NCBI GenBank assembly: GCA_018608435.1
Contig: JABAZV010000012.1
Coordinates: 3,269-65,111 of the forward strand
Length of the DNA stretch: 61,843 nucleotides
Origin: Patescibacteria group bacterium
GTDB taxonomy: Bacteria; Patescibacteriota; Minisyncoccia; Phycocordibacterales; UBA918
Reading direction: 5' to 3'
Shown piece after piece: positions 40,800 through 50,700 of this stretch. Position numbers and translations under genes: made by a program. The notes beneath the pieces were generated by a model. The model did no database searches. It had not been told where the DNA came from and was given only the letters and a program-made list of their open reading frames with translations. Position 1 is the stretch's first letter; each line of letters begins with the position of its first letter.

Positions 40800-43367
40800 A
40801 TGGCAACAAAAAAAACTCCAACAAAAGTTAAAAAAACTCCAGCTACTAAAGCAAAAGTAGCAGCAAAACGCGCTGCTCCAAAGAAAGCTGTCAAAAAAGC
40901 TTCTCCTAAAGCCAAAAAAGTAACAAAATCTCGAAAAGTAGCCAAAGTAACAGTAGCAAAAAAGCCGCAAACTAAACCCAAGACAAAAACTAGAAATACA
41001 AAGAATGATTCTGGCGTTGTTTCTTTGCCAAATAATATGTCTTTGCGCAGCGTAGAAAAAAGCGTAGTACTTAGGCTCGAATTTGAGAAGTTTTTTCAAA
41101 ACTCTGTATATAAAGTCTCCTATGTTTCTGCAGCCTGCTTTATTTTAGTAGGTGCTTCTTTGGCAGCCTCAGGCCTTTTTAAAGATACTATTCAGCTACA
41201 GACAGCTACTGTTGCTAGCTCTACCAGCACAGTTGCTGAGGTGATAGATATTTCAACCGAATTCTACTTCCTTGATTCTTTTCCGCAAAACATCGTGGAT
41301 CCGTTCAGGGTGACATTTTTTGCTACCAATGTTGAGTCAGTAAAAGCAAAAATACGTGGAGTGGGTGATTCTTCTTTTGTGTTGGAATTACCAGTTGAGA
41401 TGCATTCTGAAGATAAATATCGTACCGACATTCCAACATCAGCCGATGTGCCTCCTGGGTACTATGATTTTACTGTTTGGGCTTATCCGCTAGATGGTAG
41501 TAGCTTGTTTGCCGAGCGCTCACCAAAGTTTTTTATCGGCTCTAAAGAAGAGGAAGATATTTACCTTGGTATAAGCAACGAGCCTGAATCAACAGCTGAA
41601 ATTATAACTGATCCTGCTTTAATTGAAGAAGAACCGACGGTAAGTGAATCAGAGGCGGTTGAGACAAGCGCTGTGAACACTGTGATTACAGCCAATAGCT
41701 TGACTACTTCTTCTCCAGATCCTGTAAGTGCTGTTTCTGAAACAGAAGTAACACCTACAGAAGAGCTGGTTTTAGAAAATGAACCTGCAGAAGATTCTGT
41801 TGCCATTGTTGATAAGGAAGAGGTTGTTATCATTGATTTGGGTACTGAAGAAGAAGTTAAAGAAACTGCTCAGAAACCATTTGCATTACTAATACAACCT
41901 GGACAAGTTTTGCAGGAAACAGCAGCTATTCCTGTATATACGCCAGAGAGCTACGAAAAACTTGGCCTTTATGCGCGCCCTGTTTCAGGTTTATCACCCC
42001 GCTTTTTGGCCGCGGCTACTTTCCGTTATGACAACTGGCAATTTATATTTGACACCAGACAAATTCCAAACGGTGACTATGAATTTTTTGCTCTAGCAAA
42101 CCGCGCTGGAGAACAAGTGAAATCAGAACAAGTTGTTCTGCGTGTTAAAAATGCTTTGTATTCAGATCCTGTAGACGAAGTGATAGTTGTAGACACTGCT
42201 GTGCGCGAATTCGTGAAAATCGAGACAGATTTAAGTGATTCAAATGTAGAGACGGAAATGACAACTGCAGCTATGCCTTCTACTACAAGTGGAGTTGATG
42301 AAGAAAGTGTAGAAGGTGAGCTTTTGATCAAAGATGATGCTGCAAGGTCTTATGAAGAAAAGGTTAATATTAAAGCTAATCTGTTGCTGCTAAGCGAAGC
42401 TGAAACGATTGATGAATTACTCCAAAACTATTCAGCTGCAGTGCAGACTCAAAATGATGTGTTAACAAAAGCGGCCGAGGAAGCCTTGCAGTTAAAGCGA
42501 GAAAGAATAATTAAAGCCTCGCTCTACGATAAAGAAAATCGCGATATTGCCGACGACATGAATACGGCTCTGGCTTATCAGATTGAAGACTTGCAGAAGC
42601 GTATACAAAAGTTTGAAACTTTGCGCCGCGAAAATTCATCTGGTGAAACTGCTGTTGATACAGACGGTGATGGCGTATCAGACATTGATGAGAAGAATCT
42701 TTATGGTACTGATCCTAGTTCTTCTGACACAGATGGCGACGGCGTATCAGACTCAGTTGAAATCATGCGTGGTTACGACCCGCTCGATGCGAGGGTGGAG
42801 GTCGTTGTTACATTTGAGTCACCAAAAGAATCAGTTGGTTTAACTCGAGCTGAAACACTTGTAGTTGCTGATGTTATTCCGTCTATTCGAGCTGATTCAC
42901 CGACTGAGTCTACAGTGGGTACGGAAATACGTGGTAAAGCCTTACCTAACAGCTTTGTAACCTTGTACATATTTAGTATGCCAACTGTAGTGACGGTGCG
43001 TACAGATGCTGATGGAGCTTTTGTTTACACTTACGATAAAGAACTTGCAGACGGCAAACATGATGTCTTCGTGGCGATTACAGACAATGCTGGAGAAATC
43101 GTCGCACAAAGTAATCCGTTTTCATTCGTTAAAGTTGCAGAAGCGTTTACTCCTGTAGATGCTGCCAGCGAAGCTGATGTCCTTACAGTACCGACTCCAG
43201 TAGATAATAACGGATACACTATTGCGGCAGGAGTTGGTATTTTGGCCTTTGGTTTAATACTGCTTCTACTCGGTTTGAATTTCCGTCAGCCTCGTATCAT
43301 ACTTGATACTGAAAAAAAATCTTCTTTATCAAACTCAGATAATAAAGCCACAACAGAAGTTTCATGA
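40800..43367 (+). CDS. bitopic or double-anchored membrane protein (855 aa) with Lys/Ala/Pro-rich N-terminal tail, thrombospondin-type-3-like repeats and an Ig-like domain
   Basis: Residues 1-70 are ATKKTPTKVKKTPATKAKVAAKRAAPKKAVKK..., followed by a TM at about residue 105. Two DTDGDGVSD motifs are present, along with an Ig-like segment (RGKALPNSFVTLYIFS...DADGAFVYTY) and a C-terminal TM. Confidence 0.85.
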   Translation: MATKKTPTKVKKTPATKAKVAAKRAAPKKAVKKASPKAKKVTKSRKVAKVTVAKKPQTKPKTKTRNTKNDSGVVSLPNNMSLRSVEKSVVLRLEFEKFFQNSVYKVSYVSAACFILVGASLAASGLFKDTIQLQTATVASSTSTVAEVIDISTEFYFLDSFPQNIVDPFRVTFFATNVESVKAKIRGVGDSSFVLELPVEMHSEDKYRTDIPTSADVPPGYYDFTVWAYPLDGSSLFAERSPKFFIGSKEEEDIYLGISNEPESTAEIITDPALIEEEPTVSESEAVETSAVNTVITANSLTTSSPDPVSAVSETEVTPTEELVLENEPAEDSVAIVDKEEVVIIDLGTEEEVKETAQKPFALLIQPGQVLQETAAIPVYTPESYEKLGLYARPVSGLSPRFLAAATFRYDNWQFIFDTRQIPNGDYEFFALANRAGEQVKSEQVVLRVKNALYSDPVDEVIVVDTAVREFVKIETDLSDSNVETEMTTAAMPSTTSGVDEESVEGELLIKDDAARSYEEKVNIKANLLLLSEAETIDELLQNYSAAVQTQNDVLTKAAEEALQLKRERIIKASLYDKENRDIADDMNTALAYQIEDLQKRIQKFETLRRENSSGETAVDTDGDGVSDIDEKNLYGTDPSSSDTDGDGVSDSVEIMRGYDPLDARVEVVVTFESPKESVGLTRAETLVVADVIPSIRADSPTESTVGTEIRGKALPNSFVTLYIFSMPTVVTVRTDADGAFVYTYDKELADGKHDVFVAITDNAGEIVAQSNPFSFVKVAEAFTPVDAASEADVLTVPTPVDNNGYTIAAGVGILAFGLILLLLGLNFRQPRIILDTEKKSSLSNSDNKATTEVS

Positions 43368-44719
43368 TAACTGCTATTGCCCAAACCCTCGAACGAGGTT
43401 TTAATGTCATGCGTCTAAACTCACGCATGATGCTGGTGGGAGCACTAGCTTTTATTTTCCCTTTCATATTCTTCTTTGTTGCACAAAGTTTTTTCTCAAC
43501 GGCTCAAGATAATATTAATACTACCGAAAAGCAGCGCATCAGTATTGTTCATGAGGCACTGGAAATCGTGCTTGAAAATTCTCTGGATGATATAGTTGGT
43601 CTCCAAAACGCGGTATCAAAATTTTCAAATGAAAATACTGATATTTCAAAACTTCGCGTTTACGAAAGCAATAGCCTTAACAACGATTTGTTGGTATTGG
43701 CAGCTGCTGATCCAGAGCTTGTTAGTCAGTATGACGAAAGCGCTGAAAGCAGTATTGCTGAAATTGGTTTCTCAGAAAAGCTTGATTTTCAACTGTTTGA
43801 ACTACAGCTCAATGGCGAGCGTACTTGGCAGGTCTTTAAGCGCATTAATATTGAAGACAAAACTTTTTATATTTTTTCAGAACAAAATTTTGCTGTACTA
43901 GACAGCACAATGAATTATCGCAAACAACAGTCTTACCTTGGTCTCTCTGTTATTTTGCTCTTTTTATTGGCTCTGTCTTACTGGTTGCATCGTCAGACAG
44001 ATTGGCAAGCAAAGTATGAAAAAATCGCAATTACGTTAAAAGAACGTGATCAATTCTCTAACATGATTGCGCACGAGTTCCGCACACCTCTTACAGCGAT
44101 TAAAGGTTACGCCAGCTTTTTGCAAGAATCTGATTCTGTGCAAGACGACGAAAAACGCTTTGCTAATAATATTTACGTCTCGGCTGAGAGATTGGTTGTG
44201 CTAGTGAATGATTTTCTTGAAGTATCGCGTATCCAAGCGGGTAAAATAACAGTTAACACAACAGAGTTTGATTTGCGAGATGTTCTTGAGCGTGTGGTCG
44301 AAGATTTGACTCCGTTGGCAAAAGATAAACACCTTGAGCTTGTTTTTCATGATAGTAGCGACCACGTTATGCTTAATTCAGATCCAGACCGCATGACTCA
44401 AGTTATGACGAATATTATCAGTAACGCAATTAAGTACACTCCAGATGGAAAAGTTGAGGTTGTTTGCGCTGAGATTCATGGCAGAGTTGAGGTGAGAGTG
44501 AAAGATACTGGTACCGGAATCAGCGCTGAAGATCAAAAAAAGTTATTTTCGCCATTTACCCGAGTAGGAGGAGTGGATGCTGGAACAATAACTGGTTCAG
44601 GACTAGGGATGTGGATTACTCGCCAGTTGGTAGAATTTCTTGGTGGAACAATCGGAGTCGAGTCGATACAAGATGTTGGTACACACGTAGTAATTAAATT
44701 TGCAGCTTCTAGGCGGTAG
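43364..44719 (+). CDS. sensor histidine kinase
   Basis: ATGA overlap with the upstream gene. Two TMs flank a ~160-aa extracytoplasmic domain. H box SNMIAHEFRTPLTAIKGY, N box NIISNAIKYT, and G boxes DTGTGI and GSGLGM. Confidence 0.9.
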   Translation: MITAIAQTLERGFNVMRLNSRMMLVGALAFIFPFIFFFVAQSFFSTAQDNINTTEKQRISIVHEALEIVLENSLDDIVGLQNAVSKFSNENTDISKLRVYESNSLNNDLLVLAAADPELVSQYDESAESSIAEIGFSEKLDFQLFELQLNGERTWQVFKRINIEDKTFYIFSEQNFAVLDSTMNYRKQQSYLGLSVILLFLLALSYWLHRQTDWQAKYEKIAITLKERDQFSNMIAHEFRTPLTAIKGYASFLQESDSVQDDEKRFANNIYVSAERLVVLVNDFLEVSRIQAGKITVNTTEFDLRDVLERVVEDLTPLAKDKHLELVFHDSSDHVMLNSDPDRMTQVMTNIISNAIKYTPDGKVEVVCAEIHGRVEVRVKDTGTGISAEDQKKLFSPFTRVGGVDAGTITGSGLGMWITRQLVEFLGGTIGVESIQDVGTHVVIKFAASRR

Positions 44720-44862
44720 TGTAAGCTTAATACCTCAATCCTTTTTGTGTCTATGCTCAATAGTCATCACACCGTTGCGCCAACTTTCAATTATTGTACT
44801 ATGTACAGATTCGACTGTGTTGAATTACATAGATACGTTGCTATGAGCTTTGATTAAAAATT

Positions 44863-47553
44863 ATGCCAAATCCTAAGAAAGAACCAACTAAAGAAGAAGC
44901 CGATAAAGGCGTAAAAACAGAGCCGAAAACAAAGACAAAATGGCAACCTGAAAATACACCCGACGCTAATAAGATCGTTGTTCGTGGTGCGCGCACGCAT
45001 AATCTTAAAAACATCAGCGTAGAAATGCCGCGTGGAAAAATGATTGCCGTTACTGGGCCGTCAGGATCTGGTAAGTCTTCACTTGCTTTTGATACTATTT
45101 TTGCTGAAGGGCAACGTCGTTATGTGGAAAGTCTTTCGCCTTACGCGCGGCAATTCCTCAACAAAATGCAAAAACCAGACGTGGATGAAATCTCTGGTCT
45201 TTCTCCCGCTATTTCAATCGATCAAAAATCAGCTTCTCGTAACCCTAGGTCAACCGTAGCTACTATTACTGAGATTTACGATTATTTACGTATTGTCTAT
45301 GCTCGTATTGGACAACCTTATTGTTTGGACACAGACGTTCCAATTCAGAAGCTTTCGCAAGACGAAATTCTTTCCATCATTCTCAAGTCAATTGAAGACA
45401 AGGAAGTGAAAGAAGCTACTAAGAAACAATCTGAAAGAGTAATGGGAATTGAGGTTAGTAAGGGTAGGGTGGTTGTGTTTGCACCGATGGTGGTTGGGCG
45501 AAAGGGTGAGTATTACCAAATGCTCTACGACTTGCTCGGTAAAGGTTACGAAACGGTAAAAATAGATGGCGAAATAAAACAACTTCGTGAAAAGATTTCT
45601 CTTACCAAAACCAAGCGACATGATATTGATGTTTTAATCGATGAGATTTATGTCAGCGAGTTTTCTAGTGACCCTAAGGGTTCTAGGGAGCGTTTAAGTG
45701 AAGCTGTTGAACTAGCTTTAGCTGAGTCTGGAGGAATGGTAAAGATTGAAAGCCCAGATGGCAGTGAAAGGACTTTGTCAGCGAAGTTTATCTGCCCAGT
45801 TGATGGTTCTAGTTTTCCTGAAGTTGAACCACGCTTGTTTTCTTTCAACTCACCTTATGGAGCATGTTCTGAGTGTAATGGTCTTGGAGTGGTTGGAATT
45901 TTTAACAGTGATGAATGTACTTTGTGTAAGGGTGCACGTTTGCGTAAAGAAGCTTTGCGTATTTATCTTGGCGGCAAAGGCACAAAAAACCTCGGTAAAA
46001 ATATAGTTGATTTTACGAGTCTAACAGTAGCTCAGGCGGTTGATTTTATTAATAATTTAGATCTTACTCCTAAACAAACCGAAATCGCTTGGCCAGCGCT
46101 CAAAGAAGTCATTGAAAGACTTGATTTTATGATGGACGTAGGGATTGAATACCTTACTCTTGATCGTCGTGCCAACACACTTTCAGGCGGTGAAGCACAG
46201 CGTATTCGTTTGGCTTCACAACTTGGTTCTGGTTTGGTAGGCGCTCTTTACGTACTTGATGAGCCTACTATTGGTCTGCATCAGCGCGATAACGATAAGC
46301 TTATTAAAACATTGCACGAGCTGCGCGATCTCGGAAATACAATTATCGTCGTGGAGCACGATGAAGACACAATCTACGCGGCTGATTATCTAATTGATAT
46401 TGGTCCGGGGGCTGGTGTTCATGGCGGTGAGGTAGTCGTAGCTGGTTATCTTGAACCTTTACTTTCAGCTAAAACAAACCCGAGTAAGTCGGTTACCTTA
46501 GATTATCTCCGTGGTGACAAGGTAATCGAAACGCCAAAGCGTCGCACTAGCGAAAAGGGAAAGATTCAGATTAAGGGCGGTAAAGCCTTTAATATCAAAA
46601 ACCTAAATATCGACATTCCGCTTGGTCGCTTGATTTGCGTAACCGGTGTCTCTGGTTCTGGCAAATCTACCTTTATGTATGAGATTCTCGATAAGAATCT
46701 AAAGACCAGACTAGAAAAAAGATTCCGCAGTGCAAAAACCATCAATGCCAAAAGCTTTACTGGCTCTGAGTATCTTGGTCGGAGTATACTGATTGATCAG
46801 TCCCCGATTGGTCGTACTCCTCGCAGTAACCCAGCTACTTACACTGGTGCCTTTACTCACATTAGAGATTTATTTGCTGCTTCTGGTGAAGCACGTGCTC
46901 GTGGCTGGAAACCGGGGCGGTTTAGTTTCAACGTTAAAGGTGGTCGTTGTGAAGCTTGCCAAGGGAATGGCTTAATCGCAGTTGAAATGCATTTCTTGCC
47001 AACGGTTTATGTTATTTGCGATATTTGTGACGGAACACGTTTTACAGCTGAAACGCTTGAAGTGCGCTTTAAAGGCAGGAATATTCACGAAGTTCTACAC
47101 ATGGATATTGAAACAGCCTTTCAGTTCTTCAAAGACATTCCTTCGGTGGCAGAACGCTTGAAGTCTTTGCTTGATGTTGGTTTGGGTTATTTAAAGCTTG
47201 GTCAAAATGCTACTACTTTGTCTGGTGGGGAAGCGCAGCGGGTTAAGATTGCTTCAGAGTTATATCGTCCGCATACGCAGAAAACCATTTATTTGCTTGA
47301 CGAACCAACAATCGGACTGCATTACGAAGATGTGCGCAAATTAATCGAAATCTTGCAGCAGTTGGTGGAGCGCGGTAATACGGTAATGGTGATTGAGCAT
47401 AATTTAGATTTGGTTAAATCAGCCGATTACGTGATTGATATCGGTCCTGAAGGTGGAGTAGGAGGTGGGCAAGTGGTTGCAAAGGGAACGCCTGAAGAAG
47501 TGGCGGAAAGCACCAAGTCGCACACTGGTAAATATCTCAAGCGAGTTTTGTAG
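44863..47553 (+). CDS. uvrA: excinuclease ABC subunit A
   Basis: Two ABC modules (GPSGSGKSSLAF; GVSGSGKST), signature LSGGEAQR twice, and zinc-finger Cys clusters. There is a ~35-aa Lys-rich N-terminal extension. Confidence 0.95.
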   Translation: MPNPKKEPTKEEADKGVKTEPKTKTKWQPENTPDANKIVVRGARTHNLKNISVEMPRGKMIAVTGPSGSGKSSLAFDTIFAEGQRRYVESLSPYARQFLNKMQKPDVDEISGLSPAISIDQKSASRNPRSTVATITEIYDYLRIVYARIGQPYCLDTDVPIQKLSQDEILSIILKSIEDKEVKEATKKQSERVMGIEVSKGRVVVFAPMVVGRKGEYYQMLYDLLGKGYETVKIDGEIKQLREKISLTKTKRHDIDVLIDEIYVSEFSSDPKGSRERLSEAVELALAESGGMVKIESPDGSERTLSAKFICPVDGSSFPEVEPRLFSFNSPYGACSECNGLGVVGIFNSDECTLCKGARLRKEALRIYLGGKGTKNLGKNIVDFTSLTVAQAVDFINNLDLTPKQTEIAWPALKEVIERLDFMMDVGIEYLTLDRRANTLSGGEAQRIRLASQLGSGLVGALYVLDEPTIGLHQRDNDKLIKTLHELRDLGNTIIVVEHDEDTIYAADYLIDIGPGAGVHGGEVVVAGYLEPLLSAKTNPSKSVTLDYLRGDKVIETPKRRTSEKGKIQIKGGKAFNIKNLNIDIPLGRLICVTGVSGSGKSTFMYEILDKNLKTRLEKRFRSAKTINAKSFTGSEYLGRSILIDQSPIGRTPRSNPATYTGAFTHIRDLFAASGEARARGWKPGRFSFNVKGGRCEACQGNGLIAVEMHFLPTVYVICDICDGTRFTAETLEVRFKGRNIHEVLHMDIETAFQFFKDIPSVAERLKSLLDVGLGYLKLGQNATTLSGGEAQRVKIASELYRPHTQKTIYLLDEPTIGLHYEDVRKLIEILQQLVERGNTVMVIEHNLDLVKSADYVIDIGPEGGVGGGQVVAKGTPEEVAESTKSHTGKYLKRVL

Positions 47554-47580
47554 AAAATTAATAAATGTTGCGTGTAAAAC

Positions 47581-47608
47581 GGTGGAAAGTTATGCTTTCC
47601 ACCTTTTT
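47581..47608 (+). terminator. rho-independent terminator
   Basis: Stem GGTGGAAAG/CTTTCCACC with loop TTATG, followed by TTTTT. Confidence 0.8.
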
Positions 47609-47723
47609 GTATATTCTCTAAAACAAATCCTCCAACCACTCAAAAACATTTCCGTCGTAGCCATGATAACAACGTTTTGTACACAGTCAGTGTGATAATA
47701 TTACAGTATTTAGAAATAATCCT

Positions 47724-50700
47724 ATGGAACTTAACATGCATTTTTCCTCTTTATTCAATCGTGCTCACATGACGCAAGTATTTTCGTTCTTACTTGTTGC
47801 TGTGATGCTTTTATCACCAATGTTTCTTAGCGCTCAGGCTCCGGAACCTGAATCAATTGTCGAGCCGGCTATTGAGCAAGTAGTTGATGATGGTCAAGTG
47901 GTCATCGATATAATTAAAGCTGAGCTGCCAAATCTGTCACAAACAGAAGCTGAGCAGCTATACCACAGAGCTAAGTTTGAAGGGGAAGACCCGAGTGATA
48001 TGTCTGTGATCAATTCTTATGCAGTTGATGCTGCTCAAGAAGTTTCTTCTTTTGGTTCTGAAGAACAGTTCTATATAGAAAATGCAAATCTGATCTTAAA
48101 CCAAGATGGGTCTTATGAAGCCATTTTTTCTGTGCAAAACAGTGGATCAGTTGAGACTGACGTTAAGTTCCGTTTTGTTCTCAAGGACCCCTTCACTGGA
48201 AATGATGTTTACTATGTTCAGACACCGGAATCTTATACGCTTGTTACTGGTCAGTCTTCTACTTATTCGTTAGACATGAAGTTACCCCCTTATCTTTCTG
48301 GAAAATACATGGCAGCGATTGAGGTTGCAAACTCTGCTGGCCAACCAATCACTTCAACAAACTTTTCTGAGAATGTTTTTGCTCTAGAAGCAAATGCAAC
48401 AGCAGTAGCCATTGATCGTGACTCTTGCCGCCTTACTATCGCCTCTGACCCAGCTGTTAGATATAACCTTGTGCAAGGTGTAGACGTAGCTAGTGACGAA
48501 CAACTCCTGCTCTCTTGCGACGTTAGTAACTTTGCTGACGAGTCTATGACTCTGCAGTATCAAACTGAGACTTTTTTTAGAAGTTCTTGGGGAGATTCGC
48601 AAGGAACTACGCCAATAACAGATGTCAGTACAGTTTTGGCAGCGTATACATCAGACACGATCACTGTTCCTGTACCTATGCAGGATAAGCCACAGTCGTA
48701 TGATGTGCAGTTTGATTTCTTGTATGAAAACAATTCTGTTGCTGCACCAATCTACGTTCACTATGTGTTGCAAGGCAACAGTGCGACTATTCAAAAAGTC
48801 ACACCAGATAAACTCTCTTATGTTTCTGGCGACGTCGCAACTGTGGTGATGGAGTGGGTTGGTCGAGCTGATCACTTTGCAGACGCACGTGTTTTTGACA
48901 AACCTATTGCAGATGCAACAGAACCATTTGTAGCAAATGTGCAGTTGTTGGATCATAAAGGAAAAATCTGTAGTGAGTCTGTAAGTCAAACATTGACTAA
49001 TAAAAGCATACAAGAAGGATCGGTTATTTCTGTTCCAGTTAATAAAAATTGTGAATCAGTGTTTGTAAAGTCTTCTATTCAAACAAGTGATGGCGAGACT
49101 CTGTATGAAATCCAGGGATCTTTTACTGACGTCTCTCCTGCATCAGACTCAAGTAAGCCTAGTATGATAGACGCTTATGTTCTGGTTGCTCTTGCTTCTA
49201 TCGCCTTGCTTGCAGTTCTCTTGGTAACACAGTACCTATACAGGTGGTCGCCAAACTGGTTGGTCGGAATGATTGTTTCCTTGTTGGTTGGAATAGCTAT
49301 TGTTGCAATTCTGGCTCGATCTGCTCCGCTTACTGAAGCAGGTTCTTCTGTGGACTACATATACCCCGACAGTTACACAATGTGTTCTCAGCCTGCTGTG
49401 TCTGGTGGTCAATATCAATGGCCGATTGGCTTAGAGTTGAGTGCGACTGTGCCATCTGGAAGCTACTTATCTACCGAAGGAATCAGTATCAGCTTTTCAG
49501 CTAGAGACACCGTTAGTAATAACGTAATAGGCAACAGCAACTGGGGAGCAAGACTGTTCCTTAATACATCTGTATCTCCTGCAGATCAGATTGGCGACAG
49601 TGGAGTTTCTTCACTCAACCACACTTTTTCTGGTCTAGCTGTTGGTAGTTACCGCCTTGAGATGACTTGGAATGACAATCGCTGCATCAACATAGGAGAA
49701 GCAGCTTGTTACCCAACAAATCCAAATACTTCCTGTTATACACCTGACCCTGGACTCGGCGACAATCCGTCAGTAGTACGAAATTACTACTTCACCGTCA
49801 CTGCTCCATCAGCAGCTTCTCCAACAGTTACATTAACGAGAGATGCTTCTTCTGTTACTGCTGGTAATCCTGTTACCGTAGGCTGGACCTCTACCGGTTC
49901 ACCTGACGCTTGTGATCTTTGGTCTGTACCAGCCGTGAGTAGCTGGACGGGAGCTCAAGGTCCTTTTGGAAGTGAGACAATGAACTTAAGTTCGAACACG
50001 ACTTTTTTCGCTCGTTGTTATAACAGTGCAGGTGAAGAAGATACTGATTCTATCAGCGTGAGTGTTACTCCTCCTGCAGGATCGCCTCCTGTTATCGACC
50101 TTTCTGTAACCTCACCCATAACTTCAGGCTCACTCACAACTATTGACTGGGATGTATCTGGTACAGGAGTTTCTTGCACTGCTTCTTCTGGTGGTGGTGG
50201 AGGCTGGAGCGGGCCTGTGTCAAACAGTGGTCTATACCAAGACTATCCAACCTCAGACGCAACATACACATTGAATTGTTTAAATTCATATGATTCGGAC
50301 AGTGATTCAAAATTAGTCACAGTTAATCCTATTGTTTCAGTTTCTAAGCCAAGTTGTGCTATTCCGTCAGCTGCTAATCGAACAATAGTAAACTTTGGTG
50401 GCCAACGCATGAGGAGTGACCGGACTGATCGTTCTGTATCACCTGATCAGTCAGTTAGTCTTTCGGACGGCACTTACAATGTGACGCTGATGTCATGGGA
50501 TGGCTATAGTGGTAGAGAAATTAGCGATCAACCAAACGAACGGTGGAGAGTTGATTTTCTAGATGGCACTAATGTTTTAACTTCTTCGGGAGTGATAAGA
50601 GACCTAGAGGACCTTGTTGTTGCAGCGCAGAAGATAGAGACTGTCAGCACTGACCTAGTGATTTCAACACCAGTTGTCGCTGTTCGTGCAGTACACTATG

